A stretch of DNA of 64,000 bases from Amoebidium appalachense (lineage: Eukaryota; Protista; Ichthyosporea). The notes beneath the pieces were generated by a model. The model searched no databases. It had not been told where the DNA came from and saw only the letters and a list, made by a program, of their open reading frames with translations. The position numbers and the translations under genes were made by a program. The stretch lies in assembly GCA_963693365.1 (NCBI GenBank), contig CAVNZM010000014.1, forward strand, positions 744,001 to 808,000. Direction: 5' to 3'. This document shows, in pieces, positions 24,276-44,564 of the stretch (position 1 is the first letter of the stretch; every line of letters begins with the position of its first letter).

Positions 24276-26686
24276 AATCTGCACAAGCCAGGCCAGATTC
24301 ACATCTCGTACTAGATACATGCACTAACTTTATTGTTGATGATTTGATAGATCTCGGTGATTATGCTGGCGGTGGTAGGAAGGAATATCCCGATGCTCTC
24401 TTGTTACCAAACACCACTCCCGCTAGACTAGGTGAACCCCTGTCTCAAAAGGAAAGCTTGCGCCGGCTTGCTAGTATGAATCGATTTGGCCCCCCTGCTC
24501 GTATTATTGGTGATACCACTGGAGACCCCCTCATAGACTCTGATAAGTATTTCTCGGAACTGTTTAAAGATAGGACCCCCGCTCAGAAACCTATTGTGTG
24601 GCCTGTAGACCCATCTATCCCCATAGAATCGATCCTCCCCTTTTTCAGTCCCGATGCCATATGGTCTGTGATATCTAGTTATAGCTCTAGTAAGTCTTGT
24701 GGACCTGATGGACTCCCTGCTGGGTTTCTTAAAATCCTTGTTCCCTCCTACCCACAAAAGGAAAGTGATCGTGCTATTAAACCTGATCTTACTATCATGT
24801 TAAGCTCTCTCTTTTCTTGGTGTGTTAAATGTGGACATGTCCCGTCATCTTGGTTAGATACCTTAGTGATCCCCATAGTTAAGAAGGACTCTGAGGGCCC
24901 CATATCATCCTTTCGCCCCATTACACTAACCCAGGTTGTTCGTAGATTCTTTGAAGCTTGCTTACTTAGGTTATTTGCACATCACCCTAGGTTTCAAGCT
25001 ATTCTTCACATACACCCATGCCAATCCGCTTTTCGTAAAAACAATTCATGTTATGTTCAAATAATGGCACTGCACGATTCTATGCAAGTTGGTGCACAAT
25101 ATGTTGGCTTTATTGATTGGAAAACTGCTTACGATTCTGTCTCCCCTGGTCTCCTATGGGAAAAGCTTGCTGCACGGGGTGTACCACACTGCATTGGTGT
25201 TCTGTTAGAAGCACTCTTGTCTCAAACCTATGGTAGAGCTGTGGTTAATGGGCATCTTTCATATGGTTTTGCTCGTACTAGAGGTCTCTTGCAGGGTTCA
25301 TTGCTTAGCCCCTTTTTGTTTAACCTATTTATAGATGATTTGGCTGTCAAGATTTACGCCGAAAACGATGACCCTATTAATAACTTTCCGCCTGCACTTC
25401 TCTATGCTGATGATCTGTCCCTCCTTGCCCGTACCCCTAGACGCCTGCAAAGATTGTTCGATGTAGTGTCAGAGTGGTGCAAGGCAAACCTTATGATCCT
25501 TAACATAGACAAATGTGGTGTTCTTGTACCTGATATAGCTAACAATTTACACACATTTACATTATCATCTAAACCTGTACCTATAGTTCCAGAATACAAA
25601 TATCTTGGTGTTCCGGTTGATTCTGTTGGTGTTATGTTTCCCCATATGGTCGAAAAGAGGGTAGAGTTGGCTCGTAAGCGGTTAGCTTTCTTCTCGGCTA
25701 ATATTTTTAAAGACACACCCCTCCATCCTTCTATTAGACTTACATTTATTCGCACTTTTGTCTTCCCGGCATGTGAATATGGTTTACCCCTTCTCGCCGC
25801 TTGGATCAAGAAAGAGAGAACTAGAGCGCTTAAACCCTTGGCAAATTTCCTTGAAGCAGAAGTTGCCTCCTTTCTATCTAACAACTGTTGTAAACCTGGG
25901 CCTGTAACGCTCTCGATATATGGTCTGGTCCCAATAGCTGCTAGAGTATCCTATCTCGCGCTGAAATTCAATAAGCACATAAGCCGCTTAAAGAAGTATT
26001 TGCCCTCCCACCCTCTCTTCTCTATCCGACCTGTCCCCTCCTCACCTCTCCCCTCTTTCCTCCCCTCTCTCTCCCCTTCTCCCCTGGGCACAAATACAAA
26101 TAAACCCCGCAATAGTGTGTGTGTGACTTTGGACTGCCACTTACTTATTAAACATGTACACAATCACAAGATAATCACGCAATATAACAAATGGAAAAAG
26201 ATACCACACGACACTAGACCCGATGAAAGCATACACCTTGAAAAACTAAGCCTTATGTCTCGTTTTATATATACTGACCGCCTCAACCATATTGCCAAAT
26301 ATGGCACTCGCAAGTGTATAACACCTAAATACATATTACCTTCCTGTAGAACTGGTCTTTCTCTAGCTGATGGTATTATTGATCAATTACCACGCTTTTA
26401 CTGTACACGTGCTATACAGTGGAGATCTAATAAGTATAAGGTGGCATCATTTGCATGCCCAAACAACACACACACACACCAGTTTAACCGGTCATGTATC
26501 GCCAAATGTAGTTTGATAGACCACATAATACCGCAACACACACACGTCACATTCACAACAGACACCCAGAAAGATAGCCTACCTGTAAATTACAACATCC
26601 TTGATTTTATACTAAACACGCGTAACTACGACCTGTTTATTAGATGTATTGATTGGCTTGAGAAACACATCACTACAAAATTATAG
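24236..26686 (+). CDS. Family A reverse transcriptase ORF with a C-terminal Cys/His region, 816 aa
   Basis: Motifs KSCGPDGL, FRPITLT, QSAFRK, IDWKTAYDSV, RGLLQGSLLSPFLFNLFIDDL, LLYADD, LNIDKC and YKYLG. Confidence 0.97.
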   Translation: MCMLCYETPYRLLESAQARPDSHLVLDTCTNFIVDDLIDLGDYAGGGRKEYPDALLLPNTTPARLGEPLSQKESLRRLASMNRFGPPARIIGDTTGDPLIDSDKYFSELFKDRTPAQKPIVWPVDPSIPIESILPFFSPDAIWSVISSYSSSKSCGPDGLPAGFLKILVPSYPQKESDRAIKPDLTIMLSSLFSWCVKCGHVPSSWLDTLVIPIVKKDSEGPISSFRPITLTQVVRRFFEACLLRLFAHHPRFQAILHIHPCQSAFRKNNSCYVQIMALHDSMQVGAQYVGFIDWKTAYDSVSPGLLWEKLAARGVPHCIGVLLEALLSQTYGRAVVNGHLSYGFARTRGLLQGSLLSPFLFNLFIDDLAVKIYAENDDPINNFPPALLYADDLSLLARTPRRLQRLFDVVSEWCKANLMILNIDKCGVLVPDIANNLHTFTLSSKPVPIVPEYKYLGVPVDSVGVMFPHMVEKRVELARKRLAFFSANIFKDTPLHPSIRLTFIRTFVFPACEYGLPLLAAWIKKERTRALKPLANFLEAEVASFLSNNCCKPGPVTLSIYGLVPIAARVSYLALKFNKHISRLKKYLPSHPLFSIRPVPSSPLPSFLPSLSPSPLGTNTNKPRNSVCVTLDCHLLIKHVHNHKIITQYNKWKKIPHDTRPDESIHLEKLSLMSRFIYTDRLNHIAKYGTRKCITPKYILPSCRTGLSLADGIIDQLPRFYCTRAIQWRSNKYKVASFACPNNTHTHQFNRSCIAKCSLIDHIIPQHTHVTFTTDTQKDSLPVNYNILDFILNTRNYDLFIRCIDWLEKHITTKL

Positions 26687-26690
26687 CGCA

Positions 26691-26759
<69 letters not shown>

Positions 26760-26791
26760 CCAGCTGATACCGAGTGTCCCGAGGGGAGCCC

Positions 26792-26868
<77 letters not shown>

Positions 26869-27091
26869 AAAAAAAAAAAAAAAAAAAAAAAAACGGGGAA
26901 CCCCAACTAATTGATTTCTCCTTGTAGTCTTTATGGTGTCTCGTAGAGAAAGTAAACCCTGATATATAGTCACCACCCGACATCTATGTACGTGATCATG
27001 ATATACCGCTGAGGGGATATTCCGAGCAAACCCCCCCCCCCCATACCTGAGACTGGTTCTCTTTGCCTCGAGTAAACAGCGTAAACCCCCC

Positions 27092-27360
27092 TTTAACATT
27101 TGCGAGTACCATATTTGGTAATTTGAGTAAGGCGGTCGTTATTTATGAAAAGAGACATTAGGCTTAGGTTTTCAAGGTGTCTGCTTGGCATCAGGTCTGG
27201 TGTCGTGTGGTATCTCTTTGCATCTGCTATTACTCATGATGATATTGTGTGATTTTTTTGTGACTCGTACATGTCTTACTAAGTGGCAGTTCAAAGTCGA
27301 TCACTCGCGCACTTTTGTGGGTTTTTGTTTGAATTTTTGCCCGCCGGGGAGAAGGGGAGG
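27092..27360 (-). mobile_element. Old degenerate antisense family A fragment (one half of the target of a younger A insertion)
   Basis: Aligns with many substitutions and indels to the reverse complement of ~26070-26320. It continues in 47376-47432. Confidence 0.8.
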
Positions 27361-28495
27361 GCAAACCTCTCAACGTTCACATCTACGTGCTGGGTTGCAA
27401 GACTTAGTGTGCAAACTGCTGCACATGATCGTGAGGGTGCCAATACTTTCACATCATGATTGACGGATGCATGGTCCTCCCCCCCCCCCTCTCTCTCTCT
27501 CTCTCACAGGCCCCCTCCCTTTTTTTTGCTGGGGTGTGTGGAATGTCCCCCCTCCCCGGCCATTCCCCAGCTAACCTAAATTTACGGCCGTCCCCCCCCC
27601 CCCCCCCCCCCCCCCCCCAAACACACACACATACACACGTGTACACACCCCACCCCCACCCCCACCACCACCAGCACGACCATGACAAAAGCAAAGAGAG
27701 AGAGAGAGAGAAAAATAAAACCTGAGCCTTTTTGTTCCCCGTAGCCCTCCTACCCCCAGGCTTTAAACGTACGAAACTGATGTACTTAGTCTACTCCCCC
27801 CCCCCCCCCCTCCGGCTCCCTGTTCTCTTTTCCACAAGCGCATACACTGGAGCTCGAGCCAACCCGTCAGCGCACCCGCTTACAGACACATCCCACACAT
27901 TTGTGCACACACCACCTACACACAAGGACATGAAACTCGCACCTGCACACACACACACACATACACACACACCACTCAATACGGCACACATAGCACAAAC
28001 ACACACACACACACACACAGCAACACACATGCACACGCACATACAAAGGTCACTTGCACCAGCACCAAAAGAAGTGAAAAACCACATAAGGCATATCAGA
28101 GATGCAGACGTCGTCGTGCACAGCCGCACAACTTTAACGGTCGGCACACGAGTGCTATCGTCACAAAAACGTAAAAAAGCACTTACAGTTTATCGATAAA
28201 ACTCAATTTATTGAGCTAGAGAGTATCTGCCAAGAGATATAAATACTTGCAAAGGTCAAAGAAGTCGGTTTTCAATAACTTACAGGTATCACAAGCCCAT
28301 AATAGTATGTCCTTCGAAAGTAAAATATCTATATAGAGTTAAAGAGCTAAAAATCAGAAGACTCAAAAGTTTGAAAGCAAAGAAGAAATTCCGATATACA
28401 AAGCCACAGGCATCCATCCAATATATACATAGACATCAGGACTACTTACACATGCCACACCTCCCAACTACTCCGCTGCGCATATTCTGTCACTT

Positions 28496-30605
28496 TTACA
28501 CCTCAATGCTGTTTCCATCAATCTGAGCGCTAACTACATCCTCCTCCAATCTCAGGCTCTTAAACTTTGGCGCGCTCTTACCCTTCATCTGCAACATGCC
28601 ACTGTCCAGCCAACCCCCTTCTGCCCCCAACCCACTCGGCACCTCGACCATTGGTCGGATGTGACCACATGTCCCCGTGCTCTGTGTCTCAATGGCATCA
28701 TACGCTGGTGGCATGTCAATCACCGGTGTAGCCGACACTAACTGCGCCGACGCAATGGCACCCAGACGTGCCGTCGGCTCTGGCTCGTTTGCCAGGGAAA
28801 AGGGCACACTAAGTTTCGCATTCTTCCCTCCGGCAACATGCACAGTGACCTTGACCATGTAGTTCACCATCTGCTCAAGCCCCAACTCCCACTGCCGACA
28901 CGATGACGAAGCCGCCAACTTGCCCTCTCCGCCGGCCAATTTCGATGTCGCATGCGCAATGCGAGTGCAGGTTGGAAGACGGTGACTGCCCCTCCTGCTT
29001 CCGCACGTGCACTCGAGTATGGGCCGTAGGCGCAGCACAAACGTGTCCTCCGTCCCCCCAACTTTAATCTCTGCCGTGTCAAGTGATGGTGATTCGACAA
29101 CCAACGCTTCGCACCCAAACGTCGTGCGGAATAGTTGCTTGGCTTTTGCAGTGATCCGCGAAACACGAACATGGCCCGATTCGTTCACCAACTCGACCTT
29201 CACGCCTATTGGTTCGCCCACGGTATATACGTTCTTGTCCAGCGACACGTACACGTACAGGCGGCCGGTGCCAGCGCGAAAAATACGATCAAGCAAGAAA
29301 GATTTGCCCAAACATGCTTTTGGTTGCAGTTCTGTCTGGGGAACGTAGAGGGCACCCTTGACAAAACGGGCTTTTGCGAGAAGAATCTGCTCGTCGTTTG
29401 TTGTCTTGCAAAGGGCAGCTATGTACCACTCAACAAGCACCTTGCTATACGGGTTGAACACCTGTATGGTAAGCAAATCATGTTAGTGGCTCAAAACAAA
29501 ATGTATGTTTAGTGACGTGATGGCCCAACAGAGACACCTGAGGTGCATAAGTCGGGAACAGTTTGAATCAACAACGAGGAAGTGATTCGAACACGAGGCA
29601 GTGAAAAGGTCCCGCGCGCGCAACACACAAAGACAGGCATGCGTGCGCACCTACACATACAAGTGACAAGAACTCAGCCGAGCCGGACGTCTGGGATTTA
29701 CCACAAAACCATATTATTCTTCTCTCTTGTAATTGCCCCAAAACGAGCACAAACGTTAGAGCAGAAACACCGAAAGAAAAACCAAAGCATTGCTGAAGCA
29801 GCAAACATGGGGAAAAAATGCCGAGAAAACTCAGGAGGGATGGAATATACCACACTGAACTAACCGGAACAACAATATTAAGTGCCACGATATCACCGTT
29901 GTACACACTTGTGGCACATCGTGCTCTAAAAACAACCTCAGCGAGCAAATGGTGACCAACACACGAGTGAAATTTGTACACACACATTTGCATCCACGAA
30001 GTGCGCTTCTATGGGAAGCAAAAAAGGTTGATTGTACAAAAAACGCGTGCTCAAAGTGACAAATTGATGCAAGAACCATCTTTCACAGAAATGTGGGCAC
30101 AGCACATGGCAGGCTGCAACTATATTAACCAGCAGGATTTGTAGCTCTTCAACAAAATCAAGCAACAGAAAATTACTGCACCCCTTCTCCGCTCCCTCGA
30201 ACACAAGACAAGCGTCTCCCATCTCACACATACCTCACAAAGCAGAGAATTTGGGCATCCACTGTCCAGCGCAAATGAAAAATCGAAGGTGTATGACCCT
30301 TCGCAGTCAAGTTGGTCACGGCTGCCTGCCGGTTGCAACGTGCATCGTGTTGTGAGTGTGCGGTTCGCGCGATAGAGTGTCGTCGTGGGATAGGCCACCT
30401 TGCCTTCAATCCGCTTCAAAACGCAGCGCAGGCGCACGATGATTACTTTGCAAGAGAGTGGATTGCTGATTTCGCAGTTCAAGTTACCGTGTAGTGTGTC
30501 ATTGTCAAAGTATGTCTGACGGTCTGCTTCAAGCTTGAAATTGCCATAATAACCGCGTAAATGAGGAGAAAGCTCGTCCCCGTGTCCCCGTTTACTCAAA
30601 GCCAT
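28496..30605 (-). CDS. Arrestin-domain protein (N domain ~30605-30230, beta-arrestin-like C domain 29461-28496); middle exons not fully resolved
   Basis: N domain FKLEADRQTYFDNDTLHG...YTFDFSFALDSGCPNS. C domain LYVYVSLDKNVYTVGEPIGVKVELVNES, KLAASS..LGLEQMVNYMVKVTVHV and LSVPFSL. PPAY in the tail. Confidence 0.8.
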
Positions 30606-31647
30606 GTTTGATTGAAGTGATCGTGAAAATGTGCAGAGGGTTTACAAAAGTCTTGGTTGGGGGGTTGCTTAGATTCTCCTGAGTGCGTCTGCTAGCACTC
30701 GGGAGCACTGAGAAGATGCAGTAGTTCCCATATCCCGCTCTGAAGTAAATACACCTAAACTATTGTAAGACTAGAAATATTGTCTAAATAGACTACAAGT
30801 TTCGGAACATCACCATATTCCCTCTCAAACATCAACGACACCTACAAGAAACGCCTAGAAAATTTCAACGTCAAAACGCCTTTGTGTCTGGGCGTCGGCA
30901 ATGAAATGTAAGTCGACCAAGCCACGGCCCGGCCCGTCTGGAAAGGAGCAAACAGACACAATTCTGAGACTCGTGACAGAAAACGAATAAAAGGAGTCGA
31001 AACTCTGTACAGCCAGTGAAAATGAATCATATGCTTCGCAAAACCAATCGGAATATTTCATGCCATGAAGAGTTGGTGTGCGGCTGGCAGAAGCCACCTT
31101 CGCGTTTGATTGGCTGCTACAATCTATACAGATGATCATGTCACCATGTGAAGCCACATATTTGCCCTCAGATCCGAGGCAACCGGATAAGTAAAATGCA
31201 TAGTATCATTCGTGGTACATAAAATACATAATTTTGGAATTTTTTTGCCATCAACTTCTTCGTACTAATTCAAAATCTGACACTACATTGTTTTTGCCCA
31301 CAACCAACCATGACTGAAGGAGCACTGGGTGGGCGTGCGTCAGTGGCGACTCACTGATCCCGGATCTGTCGACAAGTCGCATGCCAGTCGTGATTCTATA
31401 TTTATGTCATCCATTTCATTGGCTTACAAATCTTCCTTTGTTGCTACTATGTTGAATCCGCTGAGTTTGTAGCCGCTTATTTACAACAAAGTACTATATC
31501 GAAAACGTATTTTTAAATGTGCTTATTTCCCTTTTAATAAAACAGGGTGCAGTAAAAATATTGTAGAGTTGTTGATAACCACAAGCGAAACAGCCATAAA
31601 GAGAGTTTTGGGGGATCATGTTACCAGTCGCGATGGCATGTATGTAT

Positions 31648-31843
31648 GGGGGTTTACGCTGTTTACTCGAGGCAAAGAGAACCAGTCTCAGGTATGGGGG
31701 GGGGGGTTTTGCTCGGAATATCCCCTCAGCGGTATATCATGATCACGTACACAGATGTCGGGTGGTGACTATATATCAGGGTTTACTTTCTCTACGAGAC
31801 ACCATAAAGACTACAAGGAGAAATCAATTAGTTGGGGTTCCCC

Positions 31844-31885
<42 letters not shown>

Positions 31886-31917
31886 GGGCTCCCCTCGGGA
31901 CACTCGGTATCAACTGG

Positions 31918-31970
<53 letters not shown>

Positions 31971-32780
31971 GTGTGTGTGTGTGCGCGTGCGCTATAATTT
32001 TGTAGTGATGTGTTTCTCAAGCCAATCAATACATCTAATAAACAGGTCGTAGTTACGCGTGTTTAGTATAAAATCAAGGATTTGTAATTTACAGGTAGGC
32101 TATCTTTCTGGGTGTCTGTTGTGAATGTGACGTGTGTGTGTTGCGGTATTATGTGGTCTATCAAACTACATTTGGCGATACATGACCGGTTAAACTGGTG
32201 TGTGTGTGTGTTGTTTGGGCATGCAAATGATGCCACCTTATACTTATTAGATCTCCACTGTATAGCACGTGTACAGTAAAAGCGTGGTAATTGATCAATA
32301 ATACCATCAGCTAGAGAAAGACCAGTTCTACAGGAAGGTAATATGTATTTAGGTGTTATACACTTGCGAGTGCCATATTTGGCAATATGGTTGAGGCGGT
32401 CAGTATATATAAAACGAGACATAAGGCTTAGTTTTTCAAGGTGTATGCTTTCATCGGGTCTAGTGTCGTGTGGTATCTTTTTCCATTTGTTATATTGCGT
32501 GATTATCTTGTGATTGTGTACATGTTTAACAAGTAAGTGGCAGTCCAAAGTCACACACACACTATTGCGGGGTTTATTTGTATTTGTGCCCAGGGGAGAA
32601 GGGGAGAGAGAGGGGAGGAAAGAGGGGAGAGGTGAGGAGGGGACAGGTCGGATAGAGAAGAGAGGGTGGGAGGGCAAATACTTCTTTAAGCGGCTTATGT
32701 GCTTATTGAATTTCAGCGCGAGATAGGATACTCTAGCAGCTATTGGGACCAGACCATATATCGAGAGCATTACAGGCCCA
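31648..32780 (-). mobile_element. 5'-truncated family A copy
   Basis: Near-identical to the reverse complement of ~25897-27091, with a small deletion near the RT end. No clean TSD seen. Confidence 0.95.
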
Positions 32781-34935
32781 ACAAGAGGCCTATGTTGCAT
32801 ATCATCGGCGCATACAGTAGGAAAGTAATATGTTAGAACGCTACGCTACACTCACGCAAAAAATCCATGCAAATGATATATGGAATGGCCATTTCAAAGA
32901 AGTCGTGGAGCTCGATCGCGAGATATTTACATAAACGTAAGTTTATACTATGTATCTAGTCACATTGTAGCCTAGGCTATCCGATCGCTGTCGAGGCCTG
33001 GGCCGCAGGGCTTGAACCATTCTACCAGGGTTATTTATCTTAATCCTGACGCTGCAAATAGAGGACAGGGAGGGACGCCTTTTCAGGGCCCCCCCCTGAG
33101 TATGCCACAAAACCTACAAAATAAACCTACATGTAGTGGCATAATAAAGGGCACAGAAACTGCCCTAAAATATTGCATGAAAAATCCGCATTTGCTGTAT
33201 GAAATACTATGTACAGTGGGATTTTACACTTCGCGAGCGCGGAATGTTGTCTCGAACTTTGGCAAGTCACGTCATTTGATGCGCCGAACGCCAATCGGAG
33301 CGTTTCCGGATCAGCTCTTTGAAACCATGAGGGCCCCGTTCAAGCCACAGTTACCACTTTTGAGTGACCTCCGACTCTCTGGAGGAGCGGAATAAACGAC
33401 GAAAATGAAGGTTTTGAGCACCCCTTTCTTCAAGCGTGTTAATGCACCACAGGAAGGAGAGTCGAGGTAAAACAACAATTGACGTTTAAAAGAAAGAAAG
33501 GATAAGTTTAAGGTCCCTGTAGCATAATTTTTGTCTCGAGGCGGAAAACGGTTGCCAGCACCGAGTTGCAATGATGATGAGTTGGTCGTGTATGGCGCAC
33601 ACTCATTAAAGTGGAACAAGTAATAGTGTTTGTCAACCATTCGGCCAGCAGTGTGTACAGCCTCGACTGAGGCGAAGATTGTCTAAGAGCACTTCCTTTA
33701 GATGATTACCTCCACAGAAATTTCTGCAGATAATACCTGCCATACTGATCCCGTTGTGCCCATGATGCACGCTATAGTACTAATTTCTCGCTCTCTGAAA
33801 TATTCTATCAAGTGGTTCATCCTCTGTCTGTCAGTTTAACGCTCTTGGAGCTGTGGCCTTGCACCAAGTGATATCGACCCCCCCCCACACAACAGCACCA
33901 CGTGGGTAGGGATCCTTGAAGCCTTTTTATACACGGCGGCAATGTGCACGTGCACACGAGCACGTACATTTGAGTATAAACGCGCGCGCGCACGTGTGCA
34001 TTTATAGTACATGCACATACACACTGGCAAACCAGGAATGCACACGCGGATGGGCAGTATATCATCAAGCACTCACCCGCACGAATAACACGCACACACT
34101 TAATTGGTGTTATGTGGACACGCTGGATGCATCCGTTTCTGCTCAAATAAATAACTACAGGATAGACGTGACTCGATTCTTCTGTGAAGGATTACACAGC
34201 GTCCAGCCGAGATCCTCCTGGCACTAGGACTTCCACACTTGGAACACATAATGTTTTATATTCCCCTAGTTGTAGCATGGCTCTAAACTTGCATGTACTG
34301 CCAGCTGCGTACCGTCTAGAGCTCGTCCTGGGGCTCAAGTTCTCTGTGTAGGTATGCGTGGATACTCGTGCACATCCCTGAGTCACGTGTGTTCGCGGGT
34401 TGCAATGAGGCATCATGCTTTGTGGGCCCTGAGAATGTTTGGGTACATTGCACTGAAGGCATTGTCTGATGTGTGGGGCCCCGGGGGGAATCGGTGTGAT
34501 CATGGCGGTGTTTCGAGTGTGTGTACGTATGCGATGTGAGTGCGTGCACATGTGTCAGGGTAGACGTCTGTCAGTGTGCGTGCGTGTGTTCCTAAGTGCT
34601 ACGTATGTACGTGTGTGTGCGTGTGCACGTGCAGGCATACATATTCTTGCACGTTGTGCACAGGCGATGCTGAGCAGGCTCGAGTCTCAGTCTAGAGTAC
34701 GGACCACGATGCGTCCCGATCCAATCGGCGCTGGGGGACTCAATCACCTGCTGTACTCGTGCAACGTGCACGTGTACACACAAACATACATAGGCTTGGT
34801 CACACACAAAACATAAAATATTATATATAAATAGGAGCTTGTACTGTATTATACATACCGTAGTAGAACGTCGTCTGCACAGATAACCTGTATACTGTTT
34901 CGCTGGAATGATCACTTTATGACCTGCACCGTGCC

Positions 34936-34993
34936 ATCCTTTCACAACCTGCGGTCGTGGCGCGTCCTTTCACAACCTGCGGTCTTGGCGCGC
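34936..34993. repeat. 2 x ~29 bp tandem repeat upstream of TSR3
   Basis: tcctttcacaacctgcggtc(g/t)tggcgcg occurs twice, ~115 bp before the ATG. Confidence 0.8.
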
Positions 34994-35107
34994 TTGAGAC
35001 GTCGACCTTCCTTTAGGCCTACCATTTTAAGAGATTTAGGTAGCTAGTTCGCTCCCCACACGTGGAAGTAAATAAGAAAAGCGGTGCCTCTGTGGCTGCT
35101 GAGCAAA

Positions 35108-43331
<8,224 letters not shown>

Positions 43332-44228
43332 ACCACTTTGTGTTTGTGTGTCCGAATTAAGAGCCGGTGGTGGAGGTACGACCAACACGTGGAGAATTCT
43401 TTGGCATGAATAGACTTTGGCAGTAATGATTTTGACTGGGTGGGGTATGGGGATGTGGTTATACATGTAGACACGAAGAGGTTTCATGTGTTTTCGAACT
43501 AGAACTGTGTAGTAACTTGCGAAAGTGCACTAATATTAGTGAGTGATGATGCATCAGATTCTTCTTACTTGGGTTGCGGTGACATGGTTTAGGTGACGAT
43601 GGCGAAGGTCGGATTAGCACCCACTACCGATTTATAATAACTTCCTTGAGCTCGAAAGGTCACTCTTGTTGGCTGCACTTTGCAATACCCCCTTGAAATA
43701 GCCACCATTCGACATATGCACAATAGCTATTGTTCCCTAAGGCTGTGCAGTACATATTATGTACTCTACAATCTTACACTAGAAGCCAACCACCAAGATT
43801 GACCACCATGGCTGACCACATCAGAAAATGTACCGTGCATAAATGCACCTGAACTGTTATGTGTACCGCTGAATATCACGCGAAAGCTGTGCGTCTTGCT
43901 ACGTGCTCTTGCTACGTGAGTCGGTCGGGAGGACCTCTTTCTGCTTTTTTGTAACTCATCAGGGACTTCGAGTGAATGTATTCTTTCGTTGTTCTATTTT
44001 ATTGGGCTGTAGCATCATGCGTGTGCGCTCAGGCACTATGTTGGCGCAATAAGGTCATGTTGGTGAAGCCGTGAATGTAGTAACGCTGATATACAACACT
44101 ACGTAAATAAAACATCGTGCTCTATGTACCGTCACGCTGAGAAAGCACGCGCGCAAGTTGCAATCAATTATCCATAATCTATACTAGGGTTGTTTTATTG
44201 CATACAGTCACAGTATACATATGTTACA

Positions 44229-44423
44229 GGGGTTTACGCTGTTTACTCGAGGCAAAGAGAACCAGTCTCAGGTAGGGGGGGGGGGGGTTTGCTCGGAATA
44301 TCCCCTCAGCGGTATATCATGATCACGTACATAGATGTCGGGTGGTGACTATATATCAGGGTTTACTTTCTCTACGAGACACCATAAAGACTACAAGGAG
44401 AAATCAATTAGTTGGGGTTCCCC

Positions 44424-44469
<46 letters not shown>

Positions 44470-44501
44470 GGGCTCCCCTCGGGACACTCGGTATCAGCTG
44501 G

Positions 44502-44564
<63 letters not shown>

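Larger units (their letters stand above)
22000..27091 (+). mobile_element. Full-length APE-type non-LTR retrotransposon, family A (ORF1, EN ORF, RT ORF, 3' UTR with (CA)n, internal poly(A) and a terminal GTAAACCCCCC)
   Basis: Three overlapping ORFs with EN and RT motifs. The 3' end is shared by five copies in the window. The 5' boundary is uncertain (22000-22300) and was placed at the AT-to-GC transition. Confidence 0.9.

Noticed and set aside
22489-26163. Antisense ORFs within family A (e.g. 22799-23494, 25402-25884)
   Set aside because: These are shadow frames of the sense ORFs with no independent motifs.
26760-27091. Hammerhead ribozyme in the family A 3' UTR
   Set aside because: There are several CTGA starts but no CTGANGA...GAAA core on either strand.
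33012-33640. ORFs 33012-33395 (+) and 33311-33640 (-)
   Set aside because: No recognisable motifs or supported splice structure, so they are left unannotated.
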